Source: an uncultured Methanosarcinales archaeon
GTDB taxonomy: Archaea > Nanobdellota > Nanobdellia > Woesearchaeales > UBA583
Direction: 5' to 3'
DNA length: 64,000 nt
Assembly: GCA_964351975.1 (NCBI GenBank)
Contig: CAYGPK010000003.1
Coordinates: forward strand, 24,738-88,737
In this document: piece by piece, positions 44,746 to 53,544 of the stretch
How the letters are laid out: every line of letters starts with the position of its first letter
How positions within the stretch are numbered: the first letter of the stretch is position 1
The notes under the pieces: generated by a model
The model's database searches: none
Seen by the model: only the letters and a program-made list of their open reading frames with translations
What the model was told of the DNA's origin: nothing
Position numbers and translations under genes: made by a program

Positions 44746-45780
44746 ATGATTAACAAAAATACTGTTAAAATTGAAAATTATTTTGAAGTTTTTCTTATTA
44801 CTTTTTTAATTGGTTTATTTTTATTTGTTATAAAAGATTTCATTTTACCTATGCTTCTTGCTTGTTCTTTAGTTTTTCTAAGTTATAGGCCGTATAATAG
44901 TTTGGTTGTTAAAACAAATAATAGAACAATACCTGCTGTTTTTATTTTGATTATGATTTTGATGCTTGTTATTTTTCCAATGTATTGGACTTTTAACGCA
45001 TTAATTACTGAGACTTCAACGATTTTAACAACTAGTGAGAGTTTGTTTGAAAATGCAGATTTTAGTTCTTGTACTAGCAGTTTATGTTCTCAAATTCAAA
45101 AAAATATAGTTGTTTTAGATATCAGTTTTGATTCAATTGTAAATAAGATAAGTAGTTATTTGTATAGTTCTGTCAATAATATTTTTGGCTCGGTGTCTGA
45201 TTTTTTTGTGTCCTTTTTTGTTTTTATTTTTGCCTTTTTTTTCCTTTTACGTGATGGAGAGAAATTTGTTATTTATGTTAAAAGAATTATACCTATGAAA
45301 AATCAATATAAAAACGCTTTATTTTTAAGGTTTCGTGATGTGACAAGGGCGGTTTTTCTAAACACTCTTTTAATTGCATTAATTCAAGGTTCACTTGTTG
45401 GGTTTGCATTTTGGATACTAGGATTTAATTCTCCAGTATTTTGGACAATTATTGCATCATTTGCTGCTCTTTTACCTCTTTTTGGGCCATCTTTAGTTTG
45501 GATTCCAGCTGTGATTTATTTATTTGTGATTGGTAATTATTTTGGAGCAGGATTTTTAGTTCTTTTTGGAATATTTATTATTGGTACAATAGATAATATA
45601 TTAAGGCCTTTTCTTCTAAATAAGAAATTAGAAGTTCATGAATTTTTGATTCTTTTAAGCATACTTGGTTCAATGAAAGTTTTCGGATTTTTATCTGGTC
45701 TTTTTTTAGGACCTATTATTGTAAGTTTACTTATTTCGGTTCTTCATTTATACAATTTGGACTTTGATGATGATTCGTAA
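44746..45780 (+). CDS. AI-2E/PerM (UPF0118) family transporter
   Basis: About 8 TM segments and a family-typical C-terminal pattern (LALLPLFGPSLVWIPAVIYL...GPIIVSLL). Confidence 0.65.
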   Translation: MINKNTVKIENYFEVFLITFLIGLFLFVIKDFILPMLLACSLVFLSYRPYNSLVVKTNNRTIPAVFILIMILMLVIFPMYWTFNALITETSTILTTSESLFENADFSSCTSSLCSQIQKNIVVLDISFDSIVNKISSYLYSSVNNIFGSVSDFFVSFFVFIFAFFFLLRDGEKFVIYVKRIIPMKNQYKNALFLRFRDVTRAVFLNTLLIALIQGSLVGFAFWILGFNSPVFWTIIASFAALLPLFGPSLVWIPAVIYLFVIGNYFGAGFLVLFGIFIIGTIDNILRPFLLNKKLEVHEFLILLSILGSMKVFGFLSGLFLGPIIVSLLISVLHLYNLDFDDDS

Positions 45781-45811
45781 AGTTTATTAAAGGGCTTATA
45801 TAAAATAAAAT

Positions 45812-46150
45812 ATGACTAAAAATTTAAAAGGAAAAGTAGGTGATTTGCAAAATGCAGAGAACACAAGAGTTAGATATCCTAAAGGAGATGAGTTTATTGG
45901 TATTGTTGAGAAAAGATTAGGAGGATCACGAATGACAGTTCGTTCTGTAAAAGGAGAGACTATTATGGCAAGAGTTCCAGGACGTGTTAAGAAGTATTTG
46001 TGGATTCGTGAAGGTGATATTGTTTTACTTACTCCTTGGGAGCTTGACACTGATAAAGCAGATTTGATTTACAAGTTTAAACCTAATGAGACTAAAGCTC
46101 TTGAGAAGAAGGGGATGTTAGGTAACCTAGAAAACATCGAAGAGTTTTAA
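45812..46150 (+). CDS. eif1a: translation initiation factor aIF1A
   Basis: VRYPKGDEFIGIVEKRLGGSRMTVRSVKGETIMARVPGRVKKYLWIREGDIVLLTPWE. Confidence 0.93.
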   Translation: MTKNLKGKVGDLQNAENTRVRYPKGDEFIGIVEKRLGGSRMTVRSVKGETIMARVPGRVKKYLWIREGDIVLLTPWELDTDKADLIYKFKPNETKALEKKGMLGNLENIEEF

Positions 46151-46171
46151 CTAATCTATTTTTCCAACTAC

Positions 46172-46237
46172 AGCGTTATTTGAAATCTAAAGTAGCGCTG
46201 CTACGTTACGATTTCAAATGCCTTGTATTAGAAAAAA
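46172..46237. repeat. conserved intergenic hairpin element, copy B
   Basis: AGCGTTATTTGAAATCTAAAGTAGCGCTGCTACGTTACGATTTCAAATGCCTTGTATTAGAAAAAA. Has a 10-bp outer stem and an inner stem GTAGC/GCTAC. Lies between convergent genes. Confidence 0.6.
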
Positions 46238-46350
46238 TATATTTAGTTAAGTTTATTTTTAATCTGTTTAATTTATTTTAGAATTAATTTTAATTTTTTC
46301 AAAAAGATAATGTTGCCATTCGTTTTGAACGGCATCACAATCTCTAGTAT

Positions 46351-46788
46351 TTATTCGTCTTTTGCTGTTTGAAATACAGTTCTTAATGCTACAACAACTG
46401 CTGCTGGCACGAATAATGTATTAATGTAAACGTATAAATTTCCAAGTACTTTTAGTGCTGTGAAGTTTCCTTGCAGACCAAATGCTTGAACAATACTACC
46501 TAAGAAAGGTTGTGTTAGCATTACAACTAAAAGCATTGCTATCATGAATCTTACTGCCTCTTTTGATGTAACATTCATATAACCGATGATTAAACCTATA
46601 ATAATTAAGGTAATTGCGATTATTTGTGTTACTTTATCACTTAATGAATCAAAGAAAGCTGGCAAAATAGTTGCGATTAACATAATAAGGATTCCTAATC
46701 CAAATACGATGCTACTATATTGCATTAAATCTACAGATTTAGTAGATTTTTTACTATTTGATTTTTTTAATTTACTTAAAGCTTTCAT
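46351..46788 (-). CDS. membrane protein (4 TM)
   Basis: Hydrophobic segments only. Confidence 0.5.
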   Translation of the reverse strand: MKALSKLKKSNSKKSTKSVDLMQYSSIVFGLGILIMLIATILPAFFDSLSDKVTQIIAITLIIIGLIIGYMNVTSKEAVRFMIAMLLVVMLTQPFLGSIVQAFGLQGNFTALKVLGNLYVYINTLFVPAAVVVALRTVFQTAKDE

Positions 46789-46857
46789 AGTAATTAATTA
46801 TGAATTTATTTATTTTTAAAGGTTAGGTGTTATAAATAGTAGTTACGGGAGATGGTG

Positions 46858-46978
46858 ATTACGATTCTGAGTTGGGATTGGTGAATACATCTGATTGAGA
46901 ATGTGGTTTGAGATAGGGGAGTTGTGATTAAAATCTGCTGTTTAGAAATATGTTCCGCCATATAATTAATGTTTTTTC
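46858..46978 (+). ncRNA. candidate ~120-nt G+U-rich non-coding RNA (boundaries approximate)
   Basis: TAAAGGTTAGG + TTATAAATA (46817-46838) lies upstream. A terminal hairpin ATATG/CATAT and a T6 run (46972-46977) lie downstream. The region is GC/purine-enriched with no ORF. It contains three GTGAWTA...CTGA-like units. Confidence 0.25.
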
Positions 46979-47029
46979 GAACACAAAAAATTTAGTATAA
47001 TTTATATATGACAGAGTATTTAATATCTC

Positions 47030-48337
47030 ATGGTTTGGAATTCATTTAAAAAATTATTATCATTATTTAGAGATATTTTCACTTTTGATCGAAATTTTTT
47101 ATTTTTCAAAGGTATTATTCCTATTTATATATTTATTATTCTTATTAATGAATTTTTTTTTAGATTTTTTTTCTTAGACACTTCTATGCTAACTATCCAA
47201 CAAAGAACAATTTTCATCTTTATGGGATTTTTAATACATTTAATGGTTGGATTTATTTATTTTACCGAATATAAAAATAATAAAAAGAAAAAGAGTTATA
47301 TTCCAAAATTTATTGAAATAGTAAAGAATAAATCTAAAATTGTAAAAATTTCATATGATAGAATAATTATTAATTTCATTTTATATTTTTTAATTACTGT
47401 AATATTTTTTATTTTTCTCGAAAATCTATATTTAGTAAACTTTCAAAATTTTTTTGTGGTTTTGTTTATGATTTTAATAGTTTTATTGAGATTTTATTTT
47501 ATATATTCTTTGGCAAAAGGATTTTCTATTAGTTCAGATGGCAAAAAAAATTCAATAAGTATAGTTTCACCTTTTGTACTTGCTGATATATTATTTTTCT
47601 TATTTTTTTTGTTTTTTGTAGGAAATATTGATGAGACATTAAATAAGTTTTCTGAATCAATTTTCACTTTAATGGGTTTAATTCCATCACTATTAATAGA
47701 TGATTTATATTTTTTTTTAATATTGGGATTATTATTATTGTATCTATGGATAAAGTATAATAATAACAGATTTAATCCTTTTTTAAATCATAGGTCATCA
47801 ATTAAACCTGTTTCAATAATAGGTGTTATTTTTTTTTTAATTTTAGTTGCAATACTAAAGTATTTGATTTTTGCACTAATTGTAGGAACTAGTGTTAAGC
47901 TTAGATTTTCAGGGTTTTTATTTGCTACTATTCTTATAGAATTTTTTGTTTTATTGATGCTTTTGGCAAATTTATTTAGTTTTTTTAGAGATATTATAAC
48001 TGAAGAAACTTATTTTTCTGAAGGTAGCAATAAACATTATAGGATATTTGAAGGGGAAGTTATAGGCTATGGAAAATATGAGTATTTAGATTCATCGTTT
48101 ATGGGATTTAAATTACCTGAAAGTGTTGATTATTATTTAGTTAAGTGTGATAAAGGAATTAATAAAGTAATATATCCCTATTTTTCTTCTATTCTTTCTG
48201 AAAAAGATAATTTTAAAGTTGGTGATAAGGTAAGACTGTATTCAGAAGAATTTTTCTTTGATGACTTAGGAAAGTTTGAAAATATAAATTTTTCTCAACC
48301 TATTTTTTATCAAATTATTAAAGATGATAAAAGCTGA
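47030..48337 (+). CDS. polytopic membrane protein with soluble C-terminal domain
   Basis: About 9 TM segments, Phe/Ile-rich. No recognisable family. Confidence 0.5.
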   Translation: MVWNSFKKLLSLFRDIFTFDRNFLFFKGIIPIYIFIILINEFFFRFFFLDTSMLTIQQRTIFIFMGFLIHLMVGFIYFTEYKNNKKKKSYIPKFIEIVKNKSKIVKISYDRIIINFILYFLITVIFFIFLENLYLVNFQNFFVVLFMILIVLLRFYFIYSLAKGFSISSDGKKNSISIVSPFVLADILFFLFFLFFVGNIDETLNKFSESIFTLMGLIPSLLIDDLYFFLILGLLLLYLWIKYNNNRFNPFLNHRSSIKPVSIIGVIFFLILVAILKYLIFALIVGTSVKLRFSGFLFATILIEFFVLLMLLANLFSFFRDIITEETYFSEGSNKHYRIFEGEVIGYGKYEYLDSSFMGFKLPESVDYYLVKCDKGINKVIYPYFSSILSEKDNFKVGDKVRLYSEEFFFDDLGKFENINFSQPIFYQIIKDDKS

Positions 48338-48489
48338 ATTCCTTATATAATTTAAGTTAAGGTCAATAGTTTTTATAATTAGTTATAGTATTTTATTGTT
48401 TATTCCTAGAATATTTCAATTTTTGTTTTTTGTAAATCATTAATGTGAGTTAACACTTGATAAGTTTGTTTGGATTTTTGTGAATAAAA

Positions 48490-48514
48490 GTGAAGTCGCA
48501 GATTTGAAACTCTC
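48490..48514 (-). repeat. tRNA 3'-end-like fragment (GAGAG + UUUCAAAUCUGCG + ACUUCAC)
   Basis: CGCAGATTTGAA (48497-48508) repeats the T-loop/T-stem of tRNA-Ile (48616-48627), 119 nt away. Confidence 0.5.
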
Positions 48515-48607
48515 AAAATAGAATATTTTGAGTGTTAAGAAATTTTTAAAGTACTGATAAGAAGAAATTTCTGCTAATGCGGACTCGTCCGCAGTGAAAA
48601 TCAAGGA

Positions 48608-48682
48608 TGTTCCGCCGCAGATTTGAACTGCGGACCATTCGATTATCAGTCGAACATTCTAACCGGGCTGAACTAGCGGAAC
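48608..48682 (-). tRNA. tRNA-Ile (anticodon GAU)
   Basis: Hand-folded cloverleaf: acceptor GUUCCGC/GCGGAAC, anticodon arm UUCGA-CUGAUAA-UCGAA, T arm CGCAG-UUCAAAU-CUGCG. No CCA is encoded. Confidence 0.9.
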
Positions 48683-48702
48683 AATTAGGTTATGTAGATT
48701 GT

Positions 48703-48729
48703 AAAAAAGCCATTCTGAATTAATTCAGA
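48703..48729 (-). terminator. palindrome TCTGAATTAATTCAGA + U6 run after tRNA-Asn
   Basis: The minus strand reads UCUGAAUUAAUUCAGAAUGGCUUUUUU, 13 nt after the tRNA 3' end. Confidence 0.55.
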
Positions 48730-48741
48730 CATGCTCTTGAG

Positions 48742-48814
48742 CGCCTTATGCAGGACTCGAACCTGCGACCTTGCGGTTAACAGCCGCACGCTCTACCTGC
48801 TGAGCTAATAAGGC
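48742..48814 (-). tRNA. tRNA-Asn (anticodon GUU)
   Basis: Hand-folded: acceptor GCCUUAU/AUAAGGC, D stem GCUC/GAGC, anticodon arm UGCGG-CUGUUAA-CCGCA, T arm GCAGG-UUCGAGU-CCUGC. Confidence 0.92.
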
Positions 48815-49023
48815 TGGAAGAATAAAGATAAATCTTTATTCATATATTGCCATAACGGCTAATTAAAAGGAAATTAATTTCGTTTATAAAAGTTTCTCCT
48901 TGAAACGTTAGACAAGAACGCACAAAGTAAGTGTCTAGTATAAAAGTTTCTCCTTTAAATAAGTTATTAATTAGTTATTTTCTTTTCATAAGTTATATAA
49001 ACATTATCCCTTTTCAGATATTT

Positions 49024-49746
49024 ATGATTAAAAAAGTATCAAATATTATTTTACTTGGAACTTCTCATGTTGCAAAGCAAAGCTCTAAAGAGATTAAAGA
49101 AGCTATAGAGAAATACAAACCAGAAGTTGTTACAATAGAGCTTGATATTGATAGATTTAAATCTCTTATGTCTTCTAACAAGAAAGGGAGTAAATTTTCT
49201 TTTGCAATGGTTAAACAATTTGGTGTTGGTGGTTTTATGTTTGCATTAATTGCATCTATGATTCAAAAATCTGCTGGAAAATTTCTTAAAATTGAACCGG
49301 GAGTTGATATGAAGACTGCTTATTTAGAAGCGAGAAAAAATAAAATTCCAACAGCTTTGATTGATTTGAATATTAGACTTACTTTAAAGAAAATTTCAAA
49401 ATTATCCTTTAGAAGAAAAGTTGCGATGTTTTTCAAGATGTTTTCAATTAATTTTAAGAAAGAGAACAGAGAAAAACTAAATTTTGACATTAAAGAAGGT
49501 GTGCCTTCAGAACATTTAATTAATGAAGTTTTAGAAATAGTTAAAGTTGAAGTGCCTGATTTGTATCAAATTTTAATTGAAGATAGAAATATTCATATGT
49601 GTAAAAAGATTTTAGAGTTGAAACAAAACCATGAAGGAAATATTTTAGTTGTAATTGGAGCTGGTCATTTAAAGGGAATGCTTGAGTATTTAGAAAATGA
49701 ACTTAACTCAGATGGTTATAGTTATTCTTTTACAGCTGAGATTTAA
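49024..49746 (+). CDS. TraB/PrgY/GumN family protein
   Basis: IILLGTSHVAKQSSKEIKEAIEKYKPEVVTIELD, EDRNIHM and VIGAGHLKG. The ATG at 49024 is preferred to the GTG at 48931. Confidence 0.7.
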   Translation: MIKKVSNIILLGTSHVAKQSSKEIKEAIEKYKPEVVTIELDIDRFKSLMSSNKKGSKFSFAMVKQFGVGGFMFALIASMIQKSAGKFLKIEPGVDMKTAYLEARKNKIPTALIDLNIRLTLKKISKLSFRRKVAMFFKMFSINFKKENREKLNFDIKEGVPSEHLINEVLEIVKVEVPDLYQILIEDRNIHMCKKILELKQNHEGNILVVIGAGHLKGMLEYLENELNSDGYSYSFTAEI

Positions 49747-50694
49747 TTAGAATTCCTCAATAATTTTCATTATTTCATTTCTATCTTTAGTTTTTTGAAT
49801 TTTTGTCCTTAATTCTTTAGCACCTTCAATTCCTTTGAAAAACCACATTCCTTGTCTTTGAATTTTTAATGGAAGATTGTAGAAATCGTGTTCTTCTAAT
49901 AAATTAAGATATTCTAAAAATAGTTCTTTTTGTTTTGATTTAACATCATAATTGTTTAATTTTTTACCAGTTTTATAATAATGATTAAATTTTTTGAAAA
50001 TGTAAGGATTACCTATTGCTGCTCTACCAACCATCAAAGCGGAGGCGTAAGGAGATTCTGAGAGTAGATATTTATCAATATCTTCTTCTGATTTAATATC
50101 TCCATTTCCAATTACTGGAATTTTTAATTTTTCATGAACTTCACGAATTGCATCCCAGTTTGCAAGTCCACTGTATTTTTGTTTCGCTGTTCTTCCATGT
50201 ACTGCTAGAATTTGTGCTCCGGCATCTTCAACTTCTTTTGCAACTTCATTATATGTTGTTTTAGAGTATCCTAATCTGATTTTAGCAGTTATTGGTTTAT
50301 CTATGTTTTTTACAAGTTTTTCAATTATTTTGCCAACGTTTTTTGGATCTTTTAAGAGCATTGATCCTGAGTCGTTATTTGTTACAGTTGCGCTTGGGCA
50401 TCCAAAATTAACATCAATTATGTCTGCTTGGTCTGAGACTTTTTTAGCTGCAAGAACAAAACTCTCAGGTTTTGACCCAAATAATTGAACTGAGTTTATT
50501 TTTAATTTCCCTCTTTCATATCTTGATTTGAAAACTTTATCACGAATGAGTGCTTCAACTGAGGTTAATTCTGTTGTAGAGTAAGATGCCTCGTTTTCTT
50601 CACAAATTTTTCTAAATCCTATGTCTGTTACATCATCCATTGGTGCTAGGATAAAGGGATTTTTTTTTATCAGTTTATGAAGATTAACTTTCAT
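49747..50694 (-). CDS. dus: tRNA-dihydrouridine synthase
   Basis: LAPMDDVTDIGFR, DVNFGCP, HGRT and GNGDI. The start is taken at MKVNLHK (50694) because the divergent promoter occupies 50700-50730. Confidence 0.85.
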   Translation of the reverse strand: MKVNLHKLIKKNPFILAPMDDVTDIGFRKICEENEASYSTTELTSVEALIRDKVFKSRYERGKLKINSVQLFGSKPESFVLAAKKVSDQADIIDVNFGCPSATVTNNDSGSMLLKDPKNVGKIIEKLVKNIDKPITAKIRLGYSKTTYNEVAKEVEDAGAQILAVHGRTAKQKYSGLANWDAIREVHEKLKIPVIGNGDIKSEEDIDKYLLSESPYASALMVGRAAIGNPYIFKKFNHYYKTGKKLNNYDVKSKQKELFLEYLNLLEEHDFYNLPLKIQRQGMWFFKGIEGAKELRTKIQKTKDRNEIMKIIEEF

Positions 50695-50745
50695 AACTAT
50701 TTTAGTTAACAAATGTTTATAAATTATTTTATTCAAAACTAAAGT

Positions 50746-51375
50746 ATGAGTTTAAATAATTTCAAAATTAATTTTAATTTTTATACAAATATTATGTTAT
50801 TGACACTAATATTATTTGGAGGGTTAGTTTGGGCTGATAGTAACGGTATTTGGAATGAAGCTAGTGATCTGAGAGGAGGGATAATTGGATCTGATGAACA
50901 GGATGTAACTTCTAATTTCACATTTATTAATCCTATTTATTTTACAGAGGATTTATTTTATAAAAATCAAGAATTGGATTTAAGGTATGTTAATGAAAAT
51001 GGTACTGAATTAGATGGTAGGTATGTAAATGAGGGTCAGGCAAATTCAATAACTTCAGAAATGATTGGAGATGGACAGGTTAATTCAGATGATATAGCTG
51101 ATGGCTCAATTACAAGTTCTGATGTTGATACTAATTCAATTCAGACTAAACTTGTAGGAACTTGTTCATCAGGAGATGTTATGTATGGAATTACAAGTGC
51201 AGGTGCTATTTTATGTAAAGCTGATGCTGTTGGTTCTTCAGGAGGAAGTGGAAGTGGATGTGTTGGTAATCAAGGATATTCTTGTTGTACTTCAAGTAGA
51301 GGATGTGAGAAACAAGGTATTATTGCTTGTGATGGTACTTGTCAAGGCCAAATTGGTCAATCAGGAGGAGGATAA
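50746..51375 (+). CDS. secreted protein with duplicated RYVNE motif and Cys/Gly-rich C-terminal tail
   Basis: N-terminal TM/signal is IMLLTLILFGGLVWA. Contains DLRYVNENG / DGRYVNEGQ. The tail is GSGSGCVGNQGYSCCTSSRGCEKQGIIACDGTCQGQIGQSGGG. Confidence 0.55.
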   Translation: MSLNNFKINFNFYTNIMLLTLILFGGLVWADSNGIWNEASDLRGGIIGSDEQDVTSNFTFINPIYFTEDLFYKNQELDLRYVNENGTELDGRYVNEGQANSITSEMIGDGQVNSDDIADGSITSSDVDTNSIQTKLVGTCSSGDVMYGITSAGAILCKADAVGSSGGSGSGCVGNQGYSCCTSSRGCEKQGIIACDGTCQGQIGQSGGG

Positions 51376-51827
51376 TGATGTTAAATGAAATATTATTTAT
51401 TGAATTTATTTTGTATATTGTAACGCTTCTAATAGGGTTTAATATTCATAAAGATAAAAAAGATAAGAAAAATAAAATTTATCATAAATACAAACCTTTT
51501 TTACATTTAATGATATTGTCTATTTTTTTGTATTCAATTATTATTTTGTATATGACTTATGAATTTTCTAAGTATTTGAATTATGTTGTATTATTTAATT
51601 TGATTTTTATTTTGTATTTTATAGTATTCAACAGAAGCGAGACAAGGTGTTGGAAGCAACATAGAATGATTATTTATAATTTCTTACTTATTCCTGTTAT
51701 TTATTTTTGTTCTCTTCTTTTGGACAATTGGTATTACAATTTGATTATTGTTTGGGTTTGCTTGTATAATATTTTAGAGTTTCAATTTGCTAAATTTTCT
51801 TTAAAACAGCCCTTAATTTGGGATTAA
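51375..51827 (+). CDS. membrane protein (4 TM)
   Basis: The ATG overlaps the upstream stop (TAATG) and is preceded by GGAGGAGG. The track start at 51339 is considered less likely. Confidence 0.5.
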   Translation: MMLNEILFIEFILYIVTLLIGFNIHKDKKDKKNKIYHKYKPFLHLMILSIFLYSIIILYMTYEFSKYLNYVVLFNLIFILYFIVFNRSETRCWKQHRMIIYNFLLIPVIYFCSLLLDNWYYNLIIVWVCLYNILEFQFAKFSLKQPLIWD

Positions 51828-51834
51828 AGTATTG

Positions 51835-52479
51835 ATGGACAAAAAAATTAATATTGCAATAGATGGGCCTGCAGGTTCAGGTAAAGGAACAATTGCTAAA
51901 TTACTTTCTAAGAAACTGAATTTAAATTATTTAGACACAGGAGCTATGTATAGAGCTTTGGCATTGTATTTGGATAATATTGAGGTTAGTCTTGAAAATT
52001 TTAATTCTTCTAACTTGGATAATTTAGAAATAACTTTTGATTCAAGTAATAATATTTTATTAAATGGTGAAGATGTTTCAGATAAAATTAGAAATTCAAA
52101 GGTAAGTAAACTAGCATCTGATTTTTCAACTTTAAAGGAAGTTAGAGAGTTTTTGGTAAAACAACAGCAAGAAATAGTTAAAGAAGGAGGTTATGTTGCA
52201 GAAGGCCGTGATATTGGCAGTGTTGTGATTCCAGATGCTAAAGTTAAAATATATTTAACTGCGAGTACTAGTGAGAGGACAAGGAGAAGACTTAGAGATT
52301 ATGAGTTGAAAGGTATTTTTAAGAGCTTTGAAGAGGTTAGAGAAGAGTTACTAGTTAGAGATAAGCAAGATATTGAAAAAGAATTTGGAGCTTTAATTAG
52401 GTGTGATGATGCAATAGAAATTGATAATACTAATTTAAGCATTAATGAACAAATTGAAAAGATAATAGAATTAATTTAA
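51835..52479 (+). CDS. cmk: cytidylate kinase
   Basis: IAIDGPAGSGKGTIAKLLSKKLNLNYLDTGAMYRA. Confidence 0.92.
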   Translation: MDKKINIAIDGPAGSGKGTIAKLLSKKLNLNYLDTGAMYRALALYLDNIEVSLENFNSSNLDNLEITFDSSNNILLNGEDVSDKIRNSKVSKLASDFSTLKEVREFLVKQQQEIVKEGGYVAEGRDIGSVVIPDAKVKIYLTASTSERTRRRLRDYELKGIFKSFEEVREELLVRDKQDIEKEFGALIRCDDAIEIDNTNLSINEQIEKIIELI

Positions 52480-53012
52480 GCTGCTTTTTTCTCTCTTACT
52501 TCTTCCGATAATATCCTAAATAGTCTAATTAAAAGAGATTTAGTTTCTTCAACAATTTTAATTTTTTCTTCTGTGGAGTTTTGATCATAAATTTCTATAG
52601 TTTTAACTTTTTTATGAATTTCAGAAAATTGTTTAAGGACTTCTTTTAATGCTTGTGTATCAACTCTGTCTAAATTTTCAGGAAAATAGAATGACATAAA
52701 TTCAAGCATATGACTTAAAGGATGACATCTTAATGCACTTTCTTTTAAGATGAGATAGTCTTTTCTTGAAAGCCTATTGCCAAAATCTTGTCTTTCTTTA
52801 TAATTCTGGAATTTATCAATTATTAATGGTAAAGCTACGAATCTAACTAAAAATGGGATATAACCTTCAATTCTTTTTGCAACATCTTTGGGCCATCTAC
52901 TAAAATCTATTTCTGGAACTTTAACTTTTCTTCCGGGGATAATTTCTTTGATTTCATTAGGATATTTATCCTTTAGTTTTTGAAACTCATCTGTTTTAAA
53001 CAATTTAACCAT
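52476..53012 (-). CDS. hypothetical protein
   Basis: ORF only. Confidence 0.45.
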   Translation of the reverse strand: MVKLFKTDEFQKLKDKYPNEIKEIIPGRKVKVPEIDFSRWPKDVAKRIEGYIPFLVRFVALPLIIDKFQNYKERQDFGNRLSRKDYLILKESALRCHPLSHMLEFMSFYFPENLDRVDTQALKEVLKQFSEIHKKVKTIEIYDQNSTEEKIKIVEETKSLLIRLFRILSEEVREKKAA

Positions 53013-53128
53013 AATCAGATTTGATAGTTTGAGTTTATATATTTTATTATTTTTATTTGATTTTCTATTGTTTTACAAAAACTATATAAAGGGATTAGAA
53101 TTATTTTAAGTATAAATCGAGGTATAAA

Positions 53129-53542
53129 ATGTCTGATATTAAATTAACTCACGCGGGAGGCTTAAAAGCTGGAAGTTACCTACTTATTGATGGAGCTGCA
53201 TGTATTGTAAAAGATACTCAAACATCAAGACCAGGTAAACACGGTCATGCAAAAGTAAGAATTAAAGCAACAGATATGATTACTGGTTCAACTAAAGAGG
53301 TTGTTAAACCAGGTCATGATAGTGTTGAAGTGCCAATTATCTATAAGAAAAATGGTCAAGTTTTATCAATTACTGGTAATGATATTGAACTTATGGATAT
53401 GGAGACATTTGAAAATTTAACTGCGGATTTACAAATTGCTGATGAAAGCATTCGTGATTCAATTAAAGCAGGTCAAACTGTTTTATTTTGGCAAGTTATG
53501 GGTAAAATCTTAATTAAGCAAATTACTGAGGAGGCTCATTAA
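53129..53542 (+). CDS. eif5a: translation initiation factor aIF5A
   Basis: The hypusine loop is TSRPGKHGHAKVRI. Confidence 0.93.
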   Translation: MSDIKLTHAGGLKAGSYLLIDGAACIVKDTQTSRPGKHGHAKVRIKATDMITGSTKEVVKPGHDSVEVPIIYKKNGQVLSITGNDIELMDMETFENLTADLQIADESIRDSIKAGQTVLFWQVMGKILIKQITEEAH

Positions 53543-53544
53543 AA

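Noticed and set aside
45796-46050. 84-aa minus-strand ORF
   Set aside because: It is the antisense shadow of aIF1A and has no independent support.
46858-46978. 5S rRNA (similar length, promoter and T-run) or a C/D box guide RNA
   Set aside because: There is no 5'/3' terminal helix and no CCGAAC/GUUAAG-like 5S motifs. The GUGAUUA and CUGA elements are only 3-5 nt apart, which is incompatible with 10-12-nt guide regions.
48481-48607. A third tRNA gene or split-tRNA half downstream of tRNA-Ile
   Set aside because: Only the T-loop and the 3' T-stem strand are tRNA-like. There is no complementary 5' T-stem strand, anticodon arm or acceptor partner (GUGAAGU) nearby.
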